From NCBI GenBank assembly GCA_020891255.1, contig BQFW01000004.1, positions 1,178,001 to 1,242,000 of the forward strand: a stretch of 64,000 nucleotides of DNA. Direction: 5' to 3'. Shown piece by piece: positions 50,095 to 61,111 of the stretch. Under the pieces are notes generated by a model. The model was not told where the DNA came from and ran no database searches. It saw only the letters and a program-made list of their open reading frames with translations. This DNA is from Entomortierella parvispora E1425. Lineage: Eukaryota; Fungi; Mortierellomycota. Numbering within the stretch: position 1 is the first letter of the stretch; each line of letters begins with the position of its first letter. Position numbers and translations under genes: made by a program.

Positions 50095-53087
50095 TCTTCT
50101 TTCGTACCACAGCAGCAGCAGCAACAGCAAGTCCCTGCGCATCAGTCTCTGTTTAAACAGCAAAATGGCACTTTCCAGCAGCAGCAACAGCAACAACAGC
50201 AACAAGTGCCTCAGCAACAGCAGCAAATGCAGCAGCAAATTCAACAACAGTTACTCCATAACCAACAGGCACAGCTTCTGCAGCAACAACTACAGCAGTC
50301 ACCACAGAACCACAATTTGTCAGCTACATCAATGCTACCCCAGGTTCAGCTTGGACAAGGAAATCAGCAAATGCAAGCCCAATCTCAACAGCAGAGGCCT
50401 CCTCTCGGCAATGTTGCAGTATCGGGCACTGTAGGCTCTGAACAGCTACTACTTTTCCAACAGCAGCATAGCCAAAAATTGCAGCAGGAACGACAGGCAC
50501 AGCTGTCTCTTATCCAACAGCAGCAGCAGCACATGCAGCAGCAGCAGCCACAACAGCAGCAGCAACAACAATCACAACAACAATCACAACAACAATCACA
50601 ACAACAGCAACAACAGCAACAACCGCAACAACCGCAACAACAGCAGCAGCAGCAACTGCAACTCCAACAGCTTCAACAGCTGCAGCAACAACAACAACAA
50701 CAACTCCAAGCACAGTTACTACAGCAACACCAACAACAACAGCAGCTTCATCAAGCCCAGCAACCGCAGCAAACTGTTCAGAATGCGCAGTTACTAAAAG
50801 GACAGCAACTAAAGCCGCAGCAGCAGCAACAATTGCCACTTGGGACGCTTAATCAGAGCTCGAGCAGCGTGTTGTCAAGTACAGTTCAGATACCATTGGT
50901 CACATCTAGCGCCTTGAACCTTGACAGCGTGCATGCAAGTAACCAGCCTGGAGCCATCCCACTACCTGCTTTCACTCAACCCAACTCATCAGTTGCGGTT
51001 CCTAGTGTAGCCGTGCAGCAGCGGAAGTCCATCACTACAGCCTCGCGGGCAGATGCGGCTGCTGCTGTCCAAGCAATGATCGAAAGAATTCAGTCTAACA
51101 GAGGTTCGTGGGACATCCATATAATAGTGTTGCTATTTCGAGTGATCCTATTAATGACCTGACATTCTTACTCTTTTTTGCTATTTCGAGTGATCCTATT
51201 AATGACCTGACATTCTTACTCTTTTTCTTTATTTATTCTTGAAGTTGCGCCGGTGGTCCTAAATGACCTCACACCAGAGCAGAAAAAGTCTGTACAAGAA
51301 CTTGTCGCCCACATGATGCCTATGTACTTGAAGTTGGATCAACTTCTCCCTGTATTTTTTGCCCTCACTGGCAACAGAGATGCTACTATCCGTCTCATCC
51401 TCATGGTAAGCCTTTACGCCTGAAGCCTGTTACCTTCACAGCGAACGCTAGTTAACACATCATGATCTTTTATGGCGGTTTTGGATGAACGACGTAGAAA
51501 CACATGTTTCAAGGTCAAATTGACGCCATGAAACATGATCAGTATACCATCACGCCAGACCATCTTGCCAAGCTTAGGGATCAGCTGCAACGCTATTTCT
51601 TGTGGGTCAAGACTGAGATGACCCCCAATAGCGGCAATATGACAGTACCTGCAGCAGGCGCCCCAATCAATGGTGTGACAATATCACAATCAGGAGGGCT
51701 CACTGCAGGACAGCTGGCGAGTGGCAGCGCTACGGTTGCCCCTGGCCAACCCATCAATAGTGTAGCAGGATATACTGGGCTGAACAGTGGAGTGGCAGGG
51801 CTGAGCAACGGAATAACTGGTACTGGGGCCCCTGCGAGCAACGCCAATGCCAATCCTATGACCTCTCAGCAACCAGCAGCTACAGCTGCTACTTCAAGTC
51901 TGGTCGTAAAGCACGGCCTGACCCCGGCGGATCTAAAGTTGCCTCCTCCAAAAAGAACAAATAACTCACCCCCAAACTCGTCGTTTACCACGTCGCCGCG
52001 CACTGAACCTGGATCCATTGGCACAACAAATCAACCCCACGGTTCAACAGGCTCTAGTTCAGCCTCGCTCATTCGGCAAGAACATTCAAAACCGACGAAC
52101 CCCGCATCATTGATCACTCCAAGCACCACTGTTGACAAGTCAGGGACCACCAATCCAGAGGGTCCTACGGCATCAACAAATTTATCAAAACTGGAAGGAT
52201 CAGGAATGACCTCATCTCAGATTCTGTTAGCCCAAAAAGCACGTACACTACAGCAACAGCAACAGCAGCAGCAGACGGTCGTCCCACTCATCCCGCAACA
52301 ACAGCAACAGCCGCCTCATCAGCCAGCGCTTACAACACTAAATAGTGGGGCAACTCCTCCTGGGGCTCCAGTGAAGGCTAGCGGAAATGCTTTGGAATCC
52401 CTCTCAAAGGATGAGCTGAAACAGCAATACCAAGCACTGCAGAGATTGCTTGCTGGAAATGCTCTTCCTCCTAACCAGTTGATATTTGTCAAGATGCAAT
52501 TGCAAAAAATTCAGGGAGAATTGTCGAAATCCCACCGCCAAGAACAGACTGCTCGACCTGGCGCAGGAGCGTCAGCTTCTCTAAACGTAGCTGTGACAGC
52601 AGCTAGTGGACAGCCAGGACCGCCTTTTACGCCCGGCCTGCAGATTCCTGGCTTGGCTCAGCAACAATCTTCAATTGCCTCAAACGCCACTGAGTCGATC
52701 AAGTCAGAGTTGGCACCACAGCTAAGGGACCTGCAGTCGAACCAGCAGGATATGAAACTCTACGTCCAACCTGTAGAACCTCTTGAATTTTTGGCAACTG
52801 CTTACAAAAGCCTTGTTGGTCTGGATGAAATAGGTGAGCTTCGAGATGAAGGCGCAGCACAGGAATCGCTATACATTCTACACAACACGTTTGAAGGCTT
52901 CGTGGGCAAGCGTACAGGAAATGGCCCTGGCAAAGACGTTTATGATGAGGGTCCTTTAGCACAATCGAGCCGGGAATTGCACGACGCAGCTGTGGCGGAC
53001 ATGCTGCTATGGGACATAGATGGTCAACCAGATGTCCTTGTGGCGAGCTTTATTGATTGGGCCGAAGGCATACAAACTATTCAATAA
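49293..53087 (+). CDS. MED15: Mediator subunit 15 (Gal11)-like
   Basis: KIX-like N-domain (DWKSTLPLEERMILITKL...FENVTF...AEYL), very long Q-rich region, then MYLKLDQLLPVF...LILM|KHMFQGQ central motif. Confidence 0.75.
51131..51226. repeat. 48-bp tandem duplication inside a MED15 intron
   Basis: tgctatttcgagtgatcctattaatgacctgacattcttactcttttt is present twice, head to tail. Confidence 0.95.
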
Positions 53088-53285
53088 ATTTGATAACGTC
53101 ACGTCTCACTTCATTGTTCAAATTTCACGCTGTGATTTATTTCAGACAATCTGTGGACCTCTGCCCAAAAGTATATTACCGATGAGTAGAACCAACCTCT
53201 ATTGTAACGTTTGCTTTGGCATTTGGTTACTGGTGCATGTAGTTACTAGCACCTTCATGTTGTTTACCTACATGATGCGAAGCGG

Positions 53286-53490
53286 TGTGATGTTGTCTAA
53301 AGTAAGTATAGTCTAACGTCAGCAAAGGCTGGAGGTGAAAATGATAACGAAAAGAATAATAACGAACAAAGCTCGCTGCTTACATATGATAGGGACTTTG
53401 CTCTCTGTGCCACAAGGATCAAGCACAGCACTGCTATATGATCAGATACAATCTCGAGAGAATGAACTGGATAGACAGGAGGAGGAGAAT
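53286..53490 (-). mobile_element. 205-bp terminal fragment of the 1040-bp LTR family, inverted relative to 60306-60510
   Basis: Reverse complement of 60306-60510 with one visible substitution; starts TGTGATG. Confidence 0.85.
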
Positions 53491-56400
53491 TGCAATAGGA
53501 GTATCGAGGGTGGAGTGGAGACAAGAAGTGAGTTTTATTATATTGCAAGTTTCTAGCTTTTGTAGGTACACATCGCGTGATGTCACCGTATTCCTGTTAC
53601 ACCTTCCCCTTTTAAAAAATGATACCGTGCTGCTCTTTGAAGGTTGTGACCAAGTCCATGCAGTTGTCCAAGTTGCTTACTGGGAGCCATTCGTCAGCTT
53701 CTCTGCCGTAGCCTTTGAATGACACTAGGAACTGGTGTTGTCTGCGGTAGAAGCGGTACTTTAAAATTTCGTCCACTTCATACTCCTCTTCGCCGTCAAT
53801 TACAGTGGGATCCACGGGGGCAGGAGCTCGAATGCCGAGTGACTCCGGGGACGGCAAATAGGGTCGAAAGGTATCAACGTGGAAGACGTCATGGATTTTG
53901 TAGAATGGTGGCAGCTCGACGCGGAAGGTGACAGGTGAGTGTTGCTCCAAAAGTGTGAACGGGCCAAGGAATTGAGGTCGAAGTTTATCGGCTGGTCTGA
54001 TACTGTCGGCAGGGATGGTGATATTGGTGGCACGCAGCAGGACCTTATCGCCAACCTTGTACTTGTGATCCCGTCGTCGCTTGTTTGCCTGTTGCTCCTG
54101 ATGATCCTGAGCACGCTGCAGAGCATCCTGGGCCAGGGCAAGGGTGGTCGCCTGCTCAGTCAGGAAGGTATCGACAGTGGGGACTGAGCTGCTGGGTTTA
54201 CCGAGGAGAGCGGTGGGGAGACGAGGGTGCTGGCCAGAGTTGAGGAAGAACGGCGAGTATCCCGTGGATGCATTGACAGCGTTGTTATAGGCGAATTCCA
54301 GTGACGGAAGGAGCTGGTCCCAGTTAGACTGCTTGTTGTCAATAAACGCTCTCAACATAGTCTTCAGCGTCTTGTTCATAACCTCTGTCTGCCCATCCGT
54401 CTGTGGGTGGTAGGCGGTTGACAGTGCAAGTTTGACATCCATTAGCCTGTGCAACTCTTGCCAGAATCTACTAGTGAATCGAGTGTCGCGGTCCGAGATG
54501 ATGGATGTTGGTGTGCCATGCAGCTTAAAGATGTTGTCAAAAAACTGGTGGGCGACGTCGACGGCTGTGGCAGAGGTAGTACTGGGGGCGAAGTGAGCTT
54601 GCTTGGTCAGCTTGTCGACAAACACTGTGATGGCGTCAAAATTTCTAGCTGTGGGCGGAAGAGGGCCGATGAAGTCCATGGTGACTACCTCCCAACGTTG
54701 CGAAGGAATGGGTAGCGGTTGCAAGAGTCCAGCTGGTCGATCCTGTGAGTCCTTGTTCCTTTGACACTTCTCGCAGGTTGCTACATACTGCTGGGTATCC
54801 TTGGCGATGTGGGGCCAATATACGAAACGGCGCAGGTTGTCGTAAGTCTTTTGAAAACCAAAGTGTCCAGCAGTGGCAGAGTCGTGAGCGTCGTGCAAGA
54901 GAGTGAGGCGGATCGGGGAGTGCCGAGGGATGGCCAGGGTGGTTGCTCCACGTCGGGTAAAGTAGAGGAGGTTGTTCTGGAATGAATATCCATTGGCAAC
55001 CTTCCCATCCAGGCAATCCTTGTAGATGGGTCCAAGTCGAGGATCGTCGTTGTAGTCCTGGACAAGCTGGTCACGGACGTCCGGGGACAGGGAGACACTG
55101 AGGTTGTATAGCTCAACAGGGTCAGGCTCGCGGTAGTCCGGTCGTCGGGAGAGAGCGTCTGGGACGATGTTGTCAACTCCTCGCTTGTACCTAAAGTCAA
55201 AGTCGTATTCCTGAAGCAACTCCATCCAGCGAGCCTGTCGACGAGTGAGTTTGGGCTGTGTGGGAAAGTGGCGGAGGGTGGCGTGGTCGGTGTGGACGCT
55301 GAACTTGGTTCCATCGAGGTAGTAGCGCCAAGTGCGAAGCGCATGGATGACAGCCAACAGTTCCTGCTCATGGACAGGGTAGTTCCGCTCAGCTGACTGC
55401 ATTTTCCTGGAAGTGAATGCGATGGGATGGGTATTCCCTTCCCGGTCAGTCTGCAGCAGCACTGCACCGATGGCGAAACCGGATGCATCTGTTTCGACAA
55501 AGGTGAGGAGATCGGGGTCGAAGATGCGGAGGACGGGGGCGGAGCAGATGGCGCGTTTGAGCTGAAGGAATGCAGATTGTTGTTCGTCGGTCCATTTGAA
55601 GGGAGTGTTGTTGGCGAGGAGGGAAGAGAGAGGGAGGGCAATCCCTGCAAAGCCCGATACGTACTGTTGATAAAATTGCGCAAGCCCCAAAAATTGCTGG
55701 ACGTCCTTTGTGCTCTTGGGGGTGGGCCAGTCACTGATGGCTTTGCTGAGCCCGGCCGATGTTTTGATCCCGTCCTTCGTGATGGTGTGGCCCAAAAATT
55801 CAGTTTCGTCTTGCATGAAGGAGCACTTGCTCAATTTCGCGTACAGACCGTTCTTGCGGAGGAGAGCCAGGACGCTTCGGAGATGCTGCAGGTGTTCTTT
55901 CTTTGTCTTGGAGTAGATCAACAGATCGTCGAGATACACGACAACCCATTTGTCCAAGACTGGATCGAGTACTCGCAACATCATATTGGAGAACGAAGCA
56001 GGAGCGTTAGTAAGGCCAAAGGGAACAACATTGAACTCAAAGTGACCATAGCGACAACGGAAGGCAGTCTTGTGTGTGTGTGGTTCAAAGATACGCTGCT
56101 GATGATAACCGGATAACAAGTCCAACTTGGAGTAATAGCGTGCTCCACGGAAGCGGTCAAGTAGCTCGTCGATACGGGGCAACGGGTGTCTGTTCTTCCT
56201 GGTGATCTTGTTGAGGCCACGGTAGTCGACGCACATTCGGAGTGTGCCGTCCTTCTTCCGCACAAAGAGCACGGGGGCGCCATAGGGAGAGGTACTGGGT
56301 TTGATAAAACCTGCTGCTAGCAATTGGTCCAGTTGTTTGCGAAGTTCGTCAAGCTCGGCGATTGAAAGTCTAATCCGGAAAGACATCAGCGAACTCTTCC

Positions 56401-57346
56401 ATGACAATGGACCGCACCTCTGGGGTCATATCGGGAATTGTACGCGGTTGGTCAGTTTCTTCAGAGGGCTCTGGGGTGTTGCGAATAAGGGCCAGGAACA
56501 CCTCCGAGCCGGGCAGGGTTGCCATGGAATGAAAGTGCATGTGTGTGAGGAGGAGTCCTTTGGTGCGGCTTTGGATGTGATCGGCCTTGAAGCCGCGGCA
56601 GCTCCATTTGACATCGATTCCATTGTGAGTGAAATGAAGATCGTTGGTGCGCCAATTGATGCAAGGGTTAACTTTGGTGAGCCAGGGTTTGCCAAGGATG
56701 AGGTCGTATTTGTTGAGAGGATAGAGAATAGGGTTGAGCGAATCGGAGTAGTCGCTGCGGTTGAGGGTGATGGGGACGGTGTGTGATGTAAGGGAGGAAG
56801 AGCCATTGGGGAGGAGGATGGGGATGGGCAAGCATTCAGTGCGGAGGAGCTGGTGTCGCTTTTGAAAAGACGAACTGATAATATTACCTTCTGCACCACC
56901 ATCAATCAGGATTCTGGCAGCGTGGCCATTGACAAAACCGATGAAAGTGAGCAGTTGGCTCTCTGCCTTTTGGACAGTGAATTCGTGTAGGCGAATCGCA
57001 CGACGCTTCAACTTCTTCAACTGACTTTTGGACAGAGGTACGCTAGGTGCCGGCGGTACAGGGAGAGGGTCCGGTTCATCTGTATCGGAGGATCTAGGTA
57101 GAGGAGCGGACAGGGCAACTGGAGCGGGCGAGGCAACAGGTTTTTTGGTTTGGTTTTGGTTTCGGTCCGATAGAACAACCAGAGCATCGTGGATGTGAGT
57201 TCGCTTGTCATGATTGGAGTCATGTTTCTGAGGTGTAGAATCAAGTGAAGTTTTATTTGAGGTACTTAGCTCAGGGTTGTTGGCTACAGTTTCGACAACT
57301 GGGGTCCGGACCGACCCTAGTTGCGAATCAGGGGATTCACCCGCGG
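53491..57346 (-). mobile_element. 5'-truncated Ty3/Gypsy chromovirus (element 1): pol, PPT and 3' LTR
   Basis: Minus-strand PPT AAAAGGGGAAGG (53613-53602) is followed directly by an LTR starting TGTAAC (53601). A candidate LTR end TATTGCA lies at 53491, ~40 nt after AATAAA. The gag and 5' LTR are missing, cut off at the LTR that starts at 57347. Confidence 0.9.
53612..57346 (-). pseudogene. Pol polyprotein PR-RT-RNaseH-IN-chromodomain, broken once between PR and RT
   Basis: ILIDGGA (protease), YLDD (RT), ETDAS (RNase H), HHCC plus MDF/SDRD/GQTE (integrase), EEYEVDEIL...FLVSFKGY (chromodomain). A deletion and frameshift at ~56370 joins VFPD directly to IRLS. Confidence 0.92.
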
Positions 57347-57552
57347 TGCAAACAAATAGACCTCGTGCAACAGTCAAATCAGACTGACCGTGCAGCGCCT
57401 TCACTCACAGCAAAGCCACAAGGGGTCAACTACAACCACTACCACCATTGCCACCATTGCCACCACCACAACCTTTAGTATAAATACCCCGGACTTCATA
57501 TCAATAAACATCATTCAATCTTCGTGCTCTTCCCTTGGCCTTTACTATTGCA
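57347..57552 (+). mobile_element. LTR-A (206 bp), same family as LTR-B; flanks do not match (gcgg / atac)
   Basis: TGCAA...TTGCA termini, TATAAA and AATAAA boxes. Near-identical to 58758-58955 apart from central indels. Confidence 0.9.
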
Positions 57553-57699
57553 ATACAAGATCGGATCCAATCCGCAAAAAGGTTACATCCATCGGCATTG
57601 GGATACATCCCTGTGAACAATAATCGATCGTGCATCGGTCATTGTGATTGTCTCAACGACAATATCATTGACAAATATTACCTGCCCTAGCGCAAGGAA

Positions 57700-58757
57700 A
57701 TGGCAAAGACTTCGAAGACTCCTCAAGTGGAGGAAGAGGGCAACCTTGGAACGAGCAGTGGTGAAGTGGTCGTACCAACCGAAGTGGTTGAGGACGTACC
57801 TGAAGAAGACTCCCACATGGAGGTAGATGATGAGACCTTCGATGAGCCGTTGACCTTGGAGTCGGCACAGAATTGCTTGAAAGAACAGGGACAGCTGTTG
57901 AAAAGCAAGACAGACCAACGCGTAACATTTGGTCGCAAGAGCATGGGTCCAAGCAGTAAGACACCGGCCCATAAAGCCGCATTGGAAAAAGTGAAGGAAG
58001 AGATCTAGGGCATTAAAGAGAGCATCGTCGAATGGTCCGCCATTGTTGAGGATCTGAACAAAAGCAGGGAAGCTGAGAGACTGTCAACGACGAGACCGAC
58101 GATGATCAAGTCGACTACAGGTGCTTTGGTTGCCACAGGCGCCGCCAAGTCGTCTGATGAATCGGAGATTAAGTTGACGACTGACATTCCGCGTTACCAT
58201 CGAAGCGTGGACCCCTCACTCATGCCTGCAATTGATTCCAAGTCCTCCGGTCCGATCATCACCAATGTCAGGATCTTCCTACATGAATTTCGCACCATCT
58301 GTCAATTGAAGTATGGACATCTGGCATTCCAGAAAATCTGCTTCCGATTATTGTCGTTGGCGAATCTGGATCGAAAAGCTGCAGACGCGTTCGTAGTGAC
58401 ACGAGAAGCGGATCGTGGAAGCGAATGGGACTGGGAGCGATGCGAACAGGAGTTTGTTGACGCCGCGCTCACGCCACTGGAGAAAGCGTTAGAAGTGGAT
58501 GAGTTTGCCAAGGCTGGAAGGGAGAAGGGAGAGAGTTACAAGGAGCTCCAGTATCGATTGAAACGTCTAGTCGAAGTATACAGGGTTAAAGAATTGCCGA
58601 AACACGACGACGTCACGCAAACGTTGCGCATGTCAATCCCCTCCTTGACACTCACCGTCATGCAGATAGCAGAAGTGCAGAAGCGTATGCTCGCACACAT
58701 AGGAATGGCGATGCCTGAGACTGGAACGCTGGATTTTTTGATGGATAGTATTCCTCA
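57700..58757 (+). pseudogene. Gag-like ORF of a third retroelement, with one premature stop, truncated by LTR-B
   Basis: ORFs 57700-58008 and 58102-58770 are in the same frame, separated by one TAG. Gag-like pattern WDWERCEQEF...REKGESYKELQYRLKRL; the frame runs into LTR-B. Confidence 0.6.
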
Positions 58758-58956
58758 TGCAAACAAATAGACCTCGTGCAACAGTCAAATCAGACTGACC
58801 GTGCAGCGCCTTCACTCACAAAGCCACAAACAAAGGGTCAACTACCACCATTGCCACCATTGCCACCACCACAACCTTTAGTATAAATACCCCGGACTTC
58901 ATATCAATAAACATCATTCAATCTTCGTGCTCTTCCCTTGGCCTTTACTATTGCAT

Positions 58957-58963
58957 TGGTAGC
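58957..58963 (+). promoter_or_regulatory. Primer-binding site, tRNA-iMet type
   Basis: TGGTAGC lies 1 nt after the LTR-B end and is complementary to a tRNA 3' end GCUACCA, as in initiator tRNA-Met. Confidence 0.7.
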
Positions 58964-59470
58964 AAAGGTTTCCTCGATCCCCGACCCCCCCGATTCCACC
59001 GCCACAGACAAGACCCTCGAACTCCCAGACTCCACCTGATTACTCTGCGTCCCACGATCCTACGATACTTTGAATTCCTGACCTCCCCAAGACTCCAGCG
59101 ATAACACCATGGCCGGAGAAGATGATACCAATAACTCTGGCTCCACTGATAATACCATCAGACCACCCGAGACAGCAGAAGACGCCGCGGCCACGAACGA
59201 TCGTGTACGAACACTCGCTGCTGTTCTCAAACCCCAGAAACCCGAACCATACACTGGCAAAATCGACGCCGATCTTTGCCTCAATTTCCTGGACAGCTAC
59301 GAGGAGTACTTTGAGATTGTCGGCCTGGACAAAAGCCAGTGGGTAAAATTTACCGTCCTCGCCCTCACCCTCGAAGCCCGCTCGTGGTGGCGCGTCTCTG
59401 GTCTCACCCTAGCAACAGATTGGGACACGTTCCGCGACAAGTTTGAAAAACGATTCACCCCCCCTGACGC

Positions 59471-60510
59471 TGTGGTGTAGTAGATGTGGAGTCCCGATCC
59501 ACATCAATCGGAGTAGATATACATTTTCAGTAGCATTTATTATTTTGTTTAGTTTCAGTTTTTTTTTCTATAAAGAAGGGAGCAAAATCCATTTTGCTCC
59601 TGGTTGCCTTTTTCCTTTACGATTCCTACCAGTACACTTTTGTTGAACCCTTCAGAACACAAACATACATCCCCCCCTTCCTGCCCGATATCCCCTTTGC
59701 AGCAGCAGCAAGCTCGACGCCTTAATTCCGATTGCTGAGACTATTAGTAGCTAGTCTAAACCTCCTCCCCCCCCTTACCTTTGGATATCACAGACCTATT
59801 GCGTTCTGTTGATCGACCTTGTACACTCACAAGTTACGATCTTCCCCGTCCTCGACAAGTCCCGTCAAGAACCTCGGCCAACCAGTTCTCCGTGTCCTTG
59901 CTCACTTACGAGGTACCAACAATGTCTTGTCTCTTTTGAGTGGACTTGTACGATCTTGGCATCCCACCCTGAGGCCTTAACTGGCGCTTGGGCACCCTGA
60001 GGCCTTAACTGGTGCTTGGGAACCTCCCTTATCTTCTCGTCGCCTTCCCTCGAGTCCCTCCTGAACCCTCAGTTAGGCGGCCTTGTCCCCTTTCCCTGGA
60101 TAGAATACTTCTAGCCTTGCTCTTACTGATTAGATCCCTTCAATCCTCCCTTGTTGTTGTTATTAGTTAGTATAGTACCTAGTGTTCGCCTCCGTAGTTG
60201 TTTATTCTCCTGTTTGGTTACCATTAGGACGTGCTTAGCTCATTGGTATGTCCTTATTAGTCTCCTTTCAGTTTCGTTCCTGCTTACATCGTGATCCTGT
60301 TGCTCATTCTCCTCCTCCTGTCTATCCAGTTCATTCTCTCGAGATTGTATCTGATCATATAGCAGTGCTGTGTTTGATCCTTGTGGCACAGAGAGCAAAG
60401 TCCCTATCATATGTAAGCAGCGAGCTTTGTTCGTTATTATTCTTTTCGTTATCATTTTCACCTCCAGCCTTTGCTGACGTTAGACTATACTTACTTTAGA
60501 CAACATCACA
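59471..60510. mobile_element. 1040-bp solo LTR inserted in the element 3 gag
   Basis: Termini TGTGGTGTAGT / ACAACATCACA form a 9/11 inverted repeat. Flanked by a 4-bp TSD ACGC (59467-59470 and 60511-60514). Removing it restores the gag frame FTPPDAIHAARR. Confidence 0.88.
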
Positions 60511-61068
60511 ACGCCATCCACGCTGCCCGACGATCTGTAGCCACATACACCAGCGAGTTCCGCTCTTGTACTCGGTTGATCCCCAAGATTGACGATGGCA
60601 CAATCCTCTTCGAGTTCCTTCGGGGACTTGATCCCGCGACCAGCACCCAGGTTCGACTGCTTCAACCGAAGACTCTAGACGAGGCCATTACCCATGCCAC
60701 CATCATCCACAGTATCCTGCACCCTACACACCCTCAAGACCTTCCAACCCAACCCACTCCCCCGCCCCCAACCTCTGGCCCTACACCTATGGACCTCGAC
60801 TCCATGCACGTTTTCATGGCTCAAATGGCTGCGCTCTTCCAAGGAGCCAATGCCACCAATATCAACGCTTTTGGACGATACACCAGCTCCCAAAGAAGCT
60901 TACTCCTGAACTCCGAGCAGAATTGATACGCACAGGTGCCTGCTTCCGGTGCCGACAGCCTGGTCACAGAAGCAAAGACTGTCGTGTTTCATTCCCCAAC
61001 ACTGGCCCCCGACGATCTCTTAACAACACTGGCACCCCCGCCAACAGCAACAACAACAACGAAGAATC

Positions 61069-61111
61069 GGGAAACGCCCAGGGCGAGAATTAGACAAGGA
61101 TAGTTCCGCCC
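61069..61111 (+). promoter_or_regulatory. Gag-pol -1 programmed ribosomal frameshift signal
   Basis: Slippery heptamer G GGA AAC in the gag frame, 5-nt spacer, then stem GGGCG(A)GAA/TTCCGCCC. The pol frame is open from 61024 and lies -1 to gag. Confidence 0.75.

Noticed and set aside
53335-53556. Duplicated small ORF MKMITKRII (also 60240-60461) as a novel gene pair
   Set aside because: It lies within the repeated LTR segment and diverges exactly at the repeat boundary.
56370-57404. N-terminus MKALHGQSD of the protease ORF (also 58633-58815)
   Set aside because: These residues are antisense read-through into LTR-A/B, not part of pol.
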